Both the position numbers and the translations under genes were made by a program. Under the pieces are notes generated by a model that was not told the DNA's origin, did no database searches, and saw only the letters and a program-made list of their open reading frames with translations. This document shows, piece by piece, positions 54,701 through 64,000 of a DNA stretch of 64,000 nucleotides. How positions within the stretch are numbered: the stretch's first letter is position 1; the number at the start of each line of letters is the position of its first letter. The stretch is from Chlorokybus atmophyticus. Taxonomy: Eukaryota; Plantae; Mesostigma and Chlorokybus algae. Where the stretch lies: assembly GCA_009103225.1 (NCBI GenBank), contig RHPI01002264.1, forward strand, positions 99,633-163,632. The letters are read 5' to 3'.

Positions 54701-55008
54701 AGCGTGAGCAGGAGATGATAGCTGCACAGGAGACCCTTGAGCAGCAGGAGCAGCTGCGTAAGCAGCTGAAGCGGCAGAAGGAGGAGGAGCGCCAATAGAT
54801 AAAGCGAATGGCTCAGCAGGGAAAGGAGCAGCGGAAGCAGCGGCGGGAGCAGAAGGAAACACAGCCGCAGCAGCAGCTGCAGCAGCAGAGGTAGCTGTAA
54901 CAGCAACCTCGAGGTTGTTCACTTCACGACTACCAGCTTTGCACCCGTTGGAACCCGCATGGACACTGCTTGTACAATAGCAAAAGTTGCAAGTATTGCT
55001 CTCGTTAA
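51710..55008 (+). pseudogene. OTU-like cysteine protease / Q-A-E-K coiled coil / retro-Gag-like / Cys-tail fusion gene, with 4 in-frame TAR stops
   Basis: Exons 51710-51755, 51825-51905 and 51995-55008, the last in a single frame. OTU-like motifs: DAYAVGNCFYACLAQ, VYADQLQVAIMAHALGIHI and SAHYMSV. Gag-like: LHRVQQGERTVDEYHAQFAQL..LFLQGLRK. Stops at 53353, 54796, 54892 and 54898. Confidence 0.7.
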
Positions 55009-56419
55009 CATTTGCTGCTGTTGTGTTTGCAGGAGCCTCTGCTACCTCACCATACCTGTGCAGAATCTACCGTTCTTGCAGCGTAAGGTCAACCTCATGT
55101 GTAAGTGTATCTATTAATTCAAGCTGAACACAGAGGCATCTTCTAGATTTAGCCCTCTGTTTTCTCATTCCCGATTCGGGTTTGAGCTCATGCTGAATGC
55201 AGAGGCATCCTCGTGAATAAGCCCTCTGCTTGCTCGTTCTGTCTTTGTATGCAGAGCGTAGGGGCATCACCCTGTGATTAAGCCCCCTTCTTGCTCACTT
55301 TCTTGCCCCCTTCTTGCCTGTGCCACCTGCTTTCGCTGCTAACCAGCAGGAAGTGGAGGTGTTCTTCCAGGTGACATGACAGGAGCTTGACATGACAGGA
55401 TAGAGGAAAGACAATCTCGTGGTCTTTGTACAGGATAGAGTGTGTTAGCTTTAGCTGCCTGTCTGTGTGTGTTGAAGGATTACAGCAAAATGCAATCACC
55501 CACATCTGCCTGTCCTTGTATGGTTAGGATCATCCCGACTGCACGCGGGTTCACTGCGAACGCACCGCCTTGGGAGCCTTGCTAGCTGCTGTTTGTATGC
55601 AGTCACGGCGCACAGGTAAGTGTGGCAGCACTTGTAGAGTGGAGGTGGTAACAGAAGTCCGCAGTAAGTCATGAGGTATGCATCGCTCTCGTGCATATAC
55701 TAATTGTGATTGCATTTCACCTTCTCAACCACCTCCAGCCTCTGCATGGAACTTGTTGGTCGCGATCTGCTCCAGGGCTTTTGGATGGACGGCGGTTGTA
55801 CCTGCCGCTGGGGTTGGGTTGCTGTTTGTGATATGGCAACTCAGGCTGGCAGTCCTTCTCCCCCCACCCACCCGAGAGAACACCTCTTGCTGCTGTTGAC
55901 ATGCCGCCCTCGTACTGGCACGCCCTCGTACTGGCCCCGGCAACCGCTGAAACCGGGCATGTGTCCAAAGATTGCACGCAACCAAAGGCATGCGCACAGC
56001 AACCTAGAAGTTCTTCTTCTCCGCCCACCCACCCGACACAAAACCTCCTGCGGGTTTACTGCGAACGCAGGATGTGGTCCTGCAGAGCCGTCTCGCGCAA
56101 GTCGCGTACTGTAGACTTTGTGCACATGCTCAGAGCCTCTGGTTCATGACTTTCGCGAGTCAGCTTTGGTTGGACCATACCCTGCGTTCGCAGTGAACCC
56201 GCAGGAGGTCTAGTCTCGGGTGGGCGGACGGCGCAACAGGGCATGAAGGTGCTCTGGAAGAGACCCTGCCTAGCAGGTCAGTCTTTCCCGTGCTGGCAAA
56301 CAGAGGCATCCTCGTGATTAAGACCTCTTGCTGACTTTATTTATTGGGTCGCTCATTTTGTTGTTGGGTTTGAGTTCAGGCTAACAAAGTGGCCAGCAAT
56401 CAAGAGCTACCTCTACCTT

Positions 56420-58167
56420 TCAGTAAAAAGGAGGGTAATCAACAGTGAAGCCTATTGCTTCCAGCAACAGCCTGCCTACATGTTCAGAGCAAGTTGGTGG
56501 AATGGCATTCTTGACTTCCGATTCCGCATCCATCCACTCCACCTGCATGGCAGACTGCCACCCTGCAATCGTGCCACGGCAGGATGCTTGGCCGTACACC
56601 GGGTGAATTTGCCTCTCCCCAGGTAGCAACTGTCGGCGCTGCTCCGGGTGGGTGGCCAGCTCTCCAAGTGCACAACCAGTGTGGTTGCATTTCAAGTCTG
56701 AGTGCAGTGGAGGGTTTGTCTCGAAGATGCGATGACGATACACATCCAACTTGAACATGGTGCCACACAGCTTCAGGTGAGTTGTCATGTGTCCTGATGC
56801 GCCTGCGACATTCTCTATCACCCATGGCTTGCCGCTCAGCTGCAACTTGGCTCTTATGGGGTCAATTAGGTTGACGTGCTCGCGTCGATTGCCGTACGCG
56901 GAGCGCTGTGTAGTGGGAATGGCCCCACTTAGAGCTTGACATGGAGGACTTGCCCACACCGCAGCGTATGCTGTCGGGTCAGCGTCCATTGCATCCATCT
57001 GGCAGAACTTGAATGGGTATGACGGTTGTGGCTTGTTGTCGATGCCCTCAACATCAAACCCTGCCCTGTACAAACCCATGGCTACACCACCAGCGCCGCA
57101 AAAGAGATCCAGTGCGCGCGGCCTGCAACGCCTTCCGTTTAAGTCTATTGGTGTGCGTGTGATCAGAAGGGTGGGGGCTTGGGCCATCGATCAAGCTCTC
57201 GACCAGGCAAGTCTTGCAGTTTCAGACAGCTTTGACCACCAACACGAACCATTACGTCGTAACCCTCACGCACAGCTGCCATGTTCCAGTTCTTTATCAA
57301 GATGTGGTGCAGCCGTGGGTCCTCAACGAAATCGTCGTACTTGATGGTATGTTTTCCTGAGCCACATGTTTGCCTGAGCCGGTGCTTGCATGAGCGTGCG
57401 CATGTAAATACTCTGCAGTATACCTGTGTTGGCATCAAAAGTGATGATGTGGCCTGCATACCAGGAGCTCATTCCTGGCCAGTACACCACAACGCGGCAT
57501 GCTACCAAAGACTGCCCCTCATCAACAATCTCCTTCCGCCAAGCAGCCAGTGTCGCGACATCGTCGACAACCGCGTTCCCCTTTGGCATTCAAGAGTAAG
57601 TTGGTCATGCATGCAAGCGCTGTTTTGCTGTTTGCAAGGACAGTTCAACTCGACAACCGCCAAGCAGCCAGTGTCGCGACATCGTCGACAACCGCGTTCC
57701 CCTTTGGCATTCAAGAGTAAGTTGGTCATGCATGCAAGCGCTGTTTTGCTGTTTGCAAGGACAGTTCAACTCACCCTGTTGTTGACATCGTCTTCAATTA
57801 CCGTGGACTTGCCGCGACCGTTGCGCACGAGCTGACGTCGAACCACATTGCACATCTGCCCATCGTGATATGCTCCAGGCCGTGCCCAAGGCAGGTGATT
57901 CATGGGCTCGCCGTCCCACTCAAACTTGGAAAGCGAGCACTGCAGGCAAGTGCACTCCTCCCAAAAGAAATCTGGCCTCATGCATTGTGCCAGCAGTCTG
58001 CATTGCCTCACATTGTCCCCCCTTGCCTTGTGGTGCCAGCAGGCTTCATAGAAGCCATACTGCTCACTGTACAGCTTGCACTTCTCTTCATGCTGTTGCA
58101 GACGTCTGTTGTTGCCATTCCTAACCAAGTATGCTTTGCAGAAGCTACACACTTTGACGCCGCGCAT
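56420..58167 (-). CDS. Predicted C2HC zinc finger-Tudor-C5 DNA cytosine methyltransferase fusion (453 aa, 4 exons)
   Basis: MTase motifs: I ALDLFCGAGG, IV ASPPCQ, VI WVIENV, VIII RHRIFET, X NAIPPTCSEHVG. Tudor-like segment LVACRVVVYWPGMSSWYAGHIITFDANT/GKHTIKYDD. Exons 58167-57775, 57580-57424, 57356-57270 and 57144-56420 join in frame through GT-AG introns. The MTase is high confidence; the fusion is moderate. Confidence 0.75.
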
Positions 58168-58457
58168 GCTGGCGCCACGCTACCTGGCACACAAACCCTA
58201 GAAGCTAATGCACTGGACGGAAGAAGAAAAGGAGCATGTACGCAAATTGTGGAGCATATCCGGATTGACTTTCTGGCTTGTTTTGAATCGGGATTGGATG
58301 TGTCCTAAACCCTTAATTTACGGTAGGCAGTCATGACGGTGGCGACGGCGGCGGTGTCAGCGGCGGCAGCGTGCCTGCAGGTCTTTGCTTTCGCTGTATG
58401 GAAGTTGATTGGCAGTTGCTTGCAGTATGTTGGCTGACTGCTTTTGATGTTTGTAGC
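58168..58457. promoter_or_regulatory. Putative bidirectional promoter between the MTase gene and the transposase
   Basis: The two ATGs diverge 290 bp apart, and this interval includes a likely 5'UTR intron at about 58381-58456. Telo-box AAACCCTA at 58193-58200 and a near-match at 58307-58314. Confidence 0.5.
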
Positions 58458-61400
58458 ATGAGCTACTTTCGCAGGTGTTTTTGCCGCGACTGCAAAGGGA
58501 GCAAAGTGTTCACACACAACCACATTAGAAGGGCTGAATATCATGAAAACTTTGGCAAAAACATGTGGTGTGGCACTCCAGAAGCTGTTGCTCCTGAATA
58601 CCGTGATCGACTACAACCCCATGAACTTGAAGAAGCTGATGCTGCTGTTGCTGCTGCATCCTTACACATGTCGTCAGGTACGAGAGCAACTTCTCTACAG
58701 CTGTGAATCTATACAACAGGCTGTCTGATCATTGATCTGGCTTGCCCCAGGTGAAGCTCTCCATGACACCGAACAATTGCTAGTTGGGAACGACGCTATT
58801 GAACATGTTGACACAGGCACGCCGTTGCAACCGAGTGTTGAATCTCCTTTCAATGTTGCAGCCAACTTGCAACCAGCAGGTACGACCTGACTTGCGTGGC
58901 ATGTTGACATTGCGGATGCTGTGCCTCTCATTGTTCATGTGCCACTAGACTCATTGCAGCTGGCAGGTTGTAATCCGTGTGCTCATGAAGGACAATGTGC
59001 TTCTGGAGAACAACGCGAATCTCACCCAGCATTTTGTGGAATTGAGAATGCTACATTGCAAGAGCATCAAGGTGCCAGAACCAAATCCACAAATGGACAA
59101 GTAGAGCCTGAGACGCCAGTGCACTGCACCTCCACTGCTGAGCAAGTCGATGCGGAGCAAGGTGATGCGGAGCAAGGTGATGTTGCCGGCGAAGACCAAG
59201 ACTATGAAACCGATGTGGAATCGCAGCCGAACGAGGCTAAATGCGTTGATGATGCCATGCTACTTGACAAGGTGAATGCTGCGTTGCTGGATAATGCAAG
59301 CAACCCTGTTGTTTTCGGCTCTCGTACAACCCCTCTAGGCATTTCCATGCTGCTATTGGTTCTGGCGCAGCTACATCGAATACCCTTCAATTTCATGAAT
59401 AAACTGCTCAGGTTGGTGGGTAAATTACACTGCTGACTGCTCAGCCTGTTCAGAACTGATGTGTTTTTGTGTGCCAGGTTGTTACGTGGCATCCTCTTGC
59501 CTAAGGAGAATAAGATGCCAGGCAGCATGCACGAGCTATTGAAATGCCTTGAAGGCCTCAACATGGGCTTCCACACATATGATGCCTGTCGCTGTGATCA
59601 CATGTTGTATTGTGGCCGACATGCCAACAGGATACTTTGCAAAGGTGAGCAATTGTTGCAAATGTTCACTACAATGGGATTTGATTAGCATGTCCCATCA
59701 GCATACGACTTGCTTATGCAGTCTGCAAGGCCCCTCGCTACCGCAACATAAGAGGTAGACAAGTTGCATGGAAAATTGGGCGTTACTTTGACGTGCCTGC
59801 TGCGCTGAGGGCTCTGTACCTAAAACCTAGTGTTGCTGCGGAGATGATGGCGCACACAAATCGAAGTCAGGATGGGATTATGCGATCTATACACGGTAAC
59901 ATTACCAAGTTCAGTGGTAAATGAGGCACGACTGTGTGCATGATTGTGTTGGTGAGCGGCTGGGGCAATCCAATGCAAGCCCTCCGTGTCCGTGCCTTGT
60001 GCTTTTGTGTGCGTGGCGCTGAGGCGGCATGTAAGACCTCGGTGTCCTTGCCTGTGTTTGTTTGTGTGTCGGCGTGGCGCTGAGGCGGCATGTAAGACCT
60101 CGGTGTCCTTGCCTGTGTTTGTTTGTGTGTCGGCGAGGTGCTGGGGCGGTATGTAAGACCTCAGTATCCAGCCTTGCGATTGTATGCATGTTTGAATGTG
60201 TTGTGGGGCTGGGGCAGTTGGTCGTAAGCCCTTGGTGTACTTGCTGCTGTCAGACTCGCCAATGTTCAAGGACACTAAACAACGCTACAGCCGGTTTGCC
60301 AAAGAACCACGCAATGTGCGCCTAGCGATGTTCATCAACGGGATGAGCCCGTTCAAAGATCCGCACAAAGATATAAAAGAGCATTTTTCTTCCTGTATGC
60401 TCGTTGCAGTGTAAATGTACGAATGGCAGCAAAGGGTTTGTTGAGTTGCAGGGAACTATGAGTTTTGGGTTGTCACAATCTCAGTGTTGAACCTGCCCAT
60501 TGCCAAGATGCACAAGACAGACACTACATTTCTAGCTGCTGTAATCCCTGGACCCAAACAACCAGAGAATCTACAGGCTTATCTCAAGCCAATTATTGAC
60601 CAGTTGGGAGATCTCTGGGAAGGTATGGTTTCAACGCAGCTAGGATAAGCAGCTTCCATTACTGCAGTCATGCCTGACTAATGCGCATGACTGAGGCATA
60701 TAATCTGCTGGCATTTGTTGTAGGTATAGACGTATATGACAGCCACCGCGACGCAGTTTTTCGTTGCAGATCTATTCTGGAGATTGTAATCCATGATTAC
60801 CCAGGTACTCAAGCAGCAGCAGTGTTTGCACTTACTGTTATCAGTGTCTGACTGTATCTGTATATTGGACTGTCCTTACAACCATGGTTGTGGCTACTGA
60901 AGTACAACATGTTGGTTGCGCAGCTCTGGCAAAAGCTGCCTTGCAGATGGCGCATGGAGCCATCTTTGGCTGTTAAAAGTGCGAGTGCAGTGGAGAACAT
61001 GTGGAACTTTTTAAAAAGGTGATCTATCAAGGCCACCGCCGATACCTACCGGATGACCATCCTTACAGAGTTGATGAGCGTTGGCCGCAACCAGAACACA
61101 GACCTCCACCACCCATGCGGACTGCAGAGAGCGTGTACAGGTGAGCAATCTCAGTTGATTGCGCATTCGGTTGCAGAACATAGGTATGTCAGCAATGGAT
61201 GCCATGTGATCAGGTATGCTATGACATCTCGCAACAGCAAGCGTCCACTGCACTCCAAGAGACATCCTTCAAAGACCTCCGGCATCCTTGGACTGAGCTG
61301 TTTTCACGACCTTCCATATTGGCTACCGTTACAAAAATCTGTCAAAGGTCATGTGGTTGGCCCTATGCACATTTTTGCCAACCTGGCAACCAACTTTGCA

Positions 61401-63427
61401 AATCTCCTAGCTGGCTTGCGCGACAGCATCGAATCACGAGAAGATCTGCAGCAGCAAGGCCGCATGCCTGAACTCTGGCTAGAGGTACGTATGTAGTCGG
61501 CCTCGTTGACATGTGCCATAGTTGGATTTAACCAAGGACTTGAACCTATGTGCTGCAGACAGATGAAGATGAAGGATGGAAAGGAAGTCGCAGTCAAGGT
61601 AAAACCCCAGGCTCCATGGACAATCACAGATGTAGGACTGGTTGAGCAATTGCTCTCCGGCGTGAGGGTTTCAAGCACTTTCGGCTCGAAACTGCGGTCT
61701 TTCACAAAGCATTTAGGTGAGATAGCCGTTATATGTTTTGTGTTTACGCTAAAGCAATCATTCTCCATGCATGGACAACTTTTGACATGGAGCATGCAGG
61801 CTCGATGAAATCGCACGACAAGCACAACTTATGGTCGGTTGTTTTTCAGTACGTGCTGCGCTCTGCACACGACATTGGAGAAGGTTAGAAGAGAACCATC
61901 TTCAAACTATGCGACATCTATCAGCGGCTGACTGCATTGGAAGTAAAGCAGTCACACCTTGAAGAATTGAAGGTTGGCTTTAATAACACTTTACTCTGCA
62001 TGTCCAGCTCCTATGGCATGCGTAGCTTATTACTTAGTGCAGGTGCTGGTGCATGAGGCACAGTCTGAAGTGGAGCTGTTCTTCCCGCGAACTTCTCTCA
62101 CAATGATGCTGCACCTCCTTGGCCATCTACCAGAGCAGTGCATGTGGCTTGGTCCGACGCGTGACCACTGGGAGTGGGCACATGAACGCTTTATGCAGTG
62201 GGTGAAGCGCATGATATTTGCAAGGCAGCATGTGGAAGCAAGCATCTGCAAAAGGCAAGTTTTGTGTGAGCCCACTGAGAGTTACGTGCAAACTTTCCAC
62301 ATTGTTTGCCTTGTTCAAGTGCCAGTTGCATCTGCAGATACTCTATCCAGCTCATGCTGAACACTTACATGGACACCTTGAAGCGACTTTTCTCCGACAT
62401 CAGTTTGCGATCGGGCAAGCAACGAGATGATGACGACTATGTGCTCTGCGGACGGAGACACCGTATTGAGGTTGGGGATAAAGATAGTAAGACAAGGCAG
62501 GAGCTCGAGTGGTGGTTGGCTGAGAATGACAATGAATACAGGCTGTTAAAAGAGTAAGTTGCTTTGGGAGTTGCTGTTTTGTACGTGATGTCCAACGCAC
62601 AGACAGTATGATTTATTTATGGGTTGCTGCTACACAGAGAGTTCAGTCGGGAGGTGAAACAAACGCAGGATGGCAAGGGAAAGGGCTCAAAAACAAGGAC
62701 ATGTCGTGGCAAAGGACATGGAGCATATGACTGAGCTGCATCACTGGCGTGGACCTGCTAGGGAGCTTACAAAGCACGAGATGGAGCTGTTGAGCGGTCC
62801 AATCTTTCCAAAGTACATCAAGCGATACTTCAGAGCACGCTACAAGGACATCGGTCAGTTCAGAGCAGAGGAAATGGAGAAGAAACTCCGCACCATGGAC
62901 TGTGGCGTGTTTACCGTTGGGCGTGACTCAGATGACCCAACCAAGAAGATCCATTGGTATGGCAGGGTGCAATCTTTTGATGTTGTGGTGATAGCTGGTC
63001 GGGAGCACCAGCTGCTCAGAGCTAGGTGGTAAGACAAGCCCCGCTTTGCAGAACAAACCTACCTTGATTGCAACCTGGTAAGTGGCTGTGTTGCAATCGT
63101 TTTGGCGTGTGCTTGGTGTGATGATAGTAAATTGAAATAGTAGTATGAAAATGGCTGATGAATATCCCTTCTTGCTGGCAGGTCAAGGGCCAGTGGTTTG
63201 AGGGAATTGATCCCCATGACAACAAAGTAACAGTAGCGCTTGTTAAAGACAGGCGCAGTCTCATGCGTCGAGGCATGCACCGGGACACTCCGGTAAGAGG
63301 AGAGTTAACAACGTTGTCCATTAGAATCTGGATGTCCTCATATATCCTGGGTTTTGGCATCACATACAACCATCTTGTGTACTTGGTGCAGGGTGCCCAA
63401 AGCGAAACCAATAGCGCCTCGAGCGAG
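58458..63427 (+). pseudogene. CACTA/EnSpm TnpD-type transposase (transposase-associated domain, Transposase_21, DUF4218, DUF4216-like), multi-exon, damaged
   Basis: MSYFRRCFCRDC..HIRRAEYHENFG; YDACRCDHMLY; EPRNVRLAMFINGMSPF; VLNLP..IPGPKQP..YLKPIIDQL; IHDYPA; GHRRYLPDDHPYR; FHDLPYW..PMH; MLHLLGHLPEQ..LGP..WEWAHERF; WYGRVQSF. Lesions: first catalytic D read as N at 60337, TAA at 60974, and an unclear frame near 62650 and 63030. Confidence 0.92.
60011..60165. repeat. 61-bp tandem repeat (about 2.5 copies) in a transposase intron
   Basis: Units start at 60011 and 60072, with a diverged third at about 60133. Core CTGAGGCGGCATGTAAGACCTCGG. Confidence 0.9.
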
Positions 63428-63546
63428 GTGTCATGGACCACACGCCGCGACTGGCATTTTGAGTACAAGAGGTACTGTTTGCGATTGTGATGCCTCATAT
63501 CCCTACTGTGAGACTGTAGACCTGGACACTGAACCTTTGTTCACAG

Positions 63547-64000
63547 GATGAGACCGAGACTGGAGCTGGATGCGTTGGAACATTGGGAAAACAACATGAA
63601 GACTACTGCTTTGTCTGCAAGGATGGGGGCACCATATCTGGTTGCGATGTGGAAGGTTGCTGGAAAAGCTACCACGCGCACTGTGTCTCTATGCCACCTG
63701 TGGAGGATGAATATTGGGAGTGCCCAAGGCATGAGTAAGTGGACTTCATTGCAGCAAATGCTTGGCATCTTGTTGTGAGGAACTTCACTCCTAGAACCAT
63801 CATCAATTGTACTGAACCAAAACACAGGTGCCATGTGAAGAACTGCAACGAAGCAGCTTTTCAAGTCTGCGCAACGTGTCCAAACAGCCTCTGTCGACGG
63901 CACGCTGTGGGTAGCATGGTTGAGGTTACGTGCTCGCGATGCGCTGCGTACGAAGAAGGTGGTGCTCCAGCGCAGCTCCCAAGGGAGAGCCTTGCTCGTC
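63547..64000 (+). CDS. PHD finger plus C5HCH module (NSD-family type), probably the C-terminus of the transposase; runs off the window
   Basis: Exon 63547-63734 reads HEDYCFVCKDGGTISGCDVEGCWKSYHAHCVSMPPVEDEYWECPRH. It joins through a phase-2 intron (GA/gtaagt...acacag/G) to exon 63828+, ECHVKNCNEAAFQVCATCPNSLCRRHAVGSMVEVTCSRC. This frame is not in the ORF track. Confidence 0.85.

Larger units (their letters stand above)
44009..64000. mobile_element. Large CACTA/EnSpm (CMC)-like DNA transposon with cargo genes; right end lies outside the window
   Basis: Putative left terminus CACCGGTAATTC at 44009, followed by about 15 TATTCA/TGAATA subterminal repeats. Tnp1-domain gene at 44.8-47.4 kb and Transposase_21/DUF4218 transposase from 58458. 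A shared hairpin motif recurs from 51.2 to 60.2 kb. That this is a single element is an inference. Confidence 0.65.

Noticed and set aside
2-64000. Non-standard nuclear code with TAA/TAG = Gln, as in some ulvophyte algae, suggested by all five host genes ending in TGA and by TAR codons at Gln-like sites in the transposons
   Set aside because: About 700 codons of COG2 and the other host genes contain many CAA/CAG and no in-frame TAR, and gag and the TnpA-like gene end plausibly at TAA/TAG. C-to-T decay is simpler. A genome-wide codon alignment would settle it.

Overview
Eukaryotic, intron-rich (GT-AG, CA/GT-repeat introns), moderately GC-rich DNA, most consistent with a green alga (inference). 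Bases 1-17 kb hold five host genes: COG2 (5' end cut by the window), a divergent PNGase A-like secreted protein, SUMO, an orphan membrane protein, and a bacterial-type secreted sugar-dehydrogenase-like beta-propeller gene with introns. Bases 17-25 kb are AT-rich and degenerate, with an assembly gap. Bases 25-44 kb are a nest of three Ty3/Gypsy LTR retrotransposons; one is a full-length chromovirus with a target-site duplication. From about 44.0 kb to the window end lies what appears to be one large (>20 kb) CACTA/EnSpm-like DNA transposon. Besides a TnpA-like gene and a TnpD-type transposase, it carries an apparent chromatin toolkit: (i) a predicted 4-exon gene fusing a C2HC zinc finger and a Tudor domain to a phage/bacterial-type C5 cytosine methyltransferase with all catalytic motifs, placed head-to-head with the transposase; (ii) an OTU-like cysteine protease joined to coiled-coil repeats and a retroelement Gag-like domain; (iii) an NSD-type PHD-C5HCH histone-reader module at the 3' end of the transposase locus, which the ORF track misses. 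All gene models were spliced by eye and family calls come from motif recognition; no database search was run.
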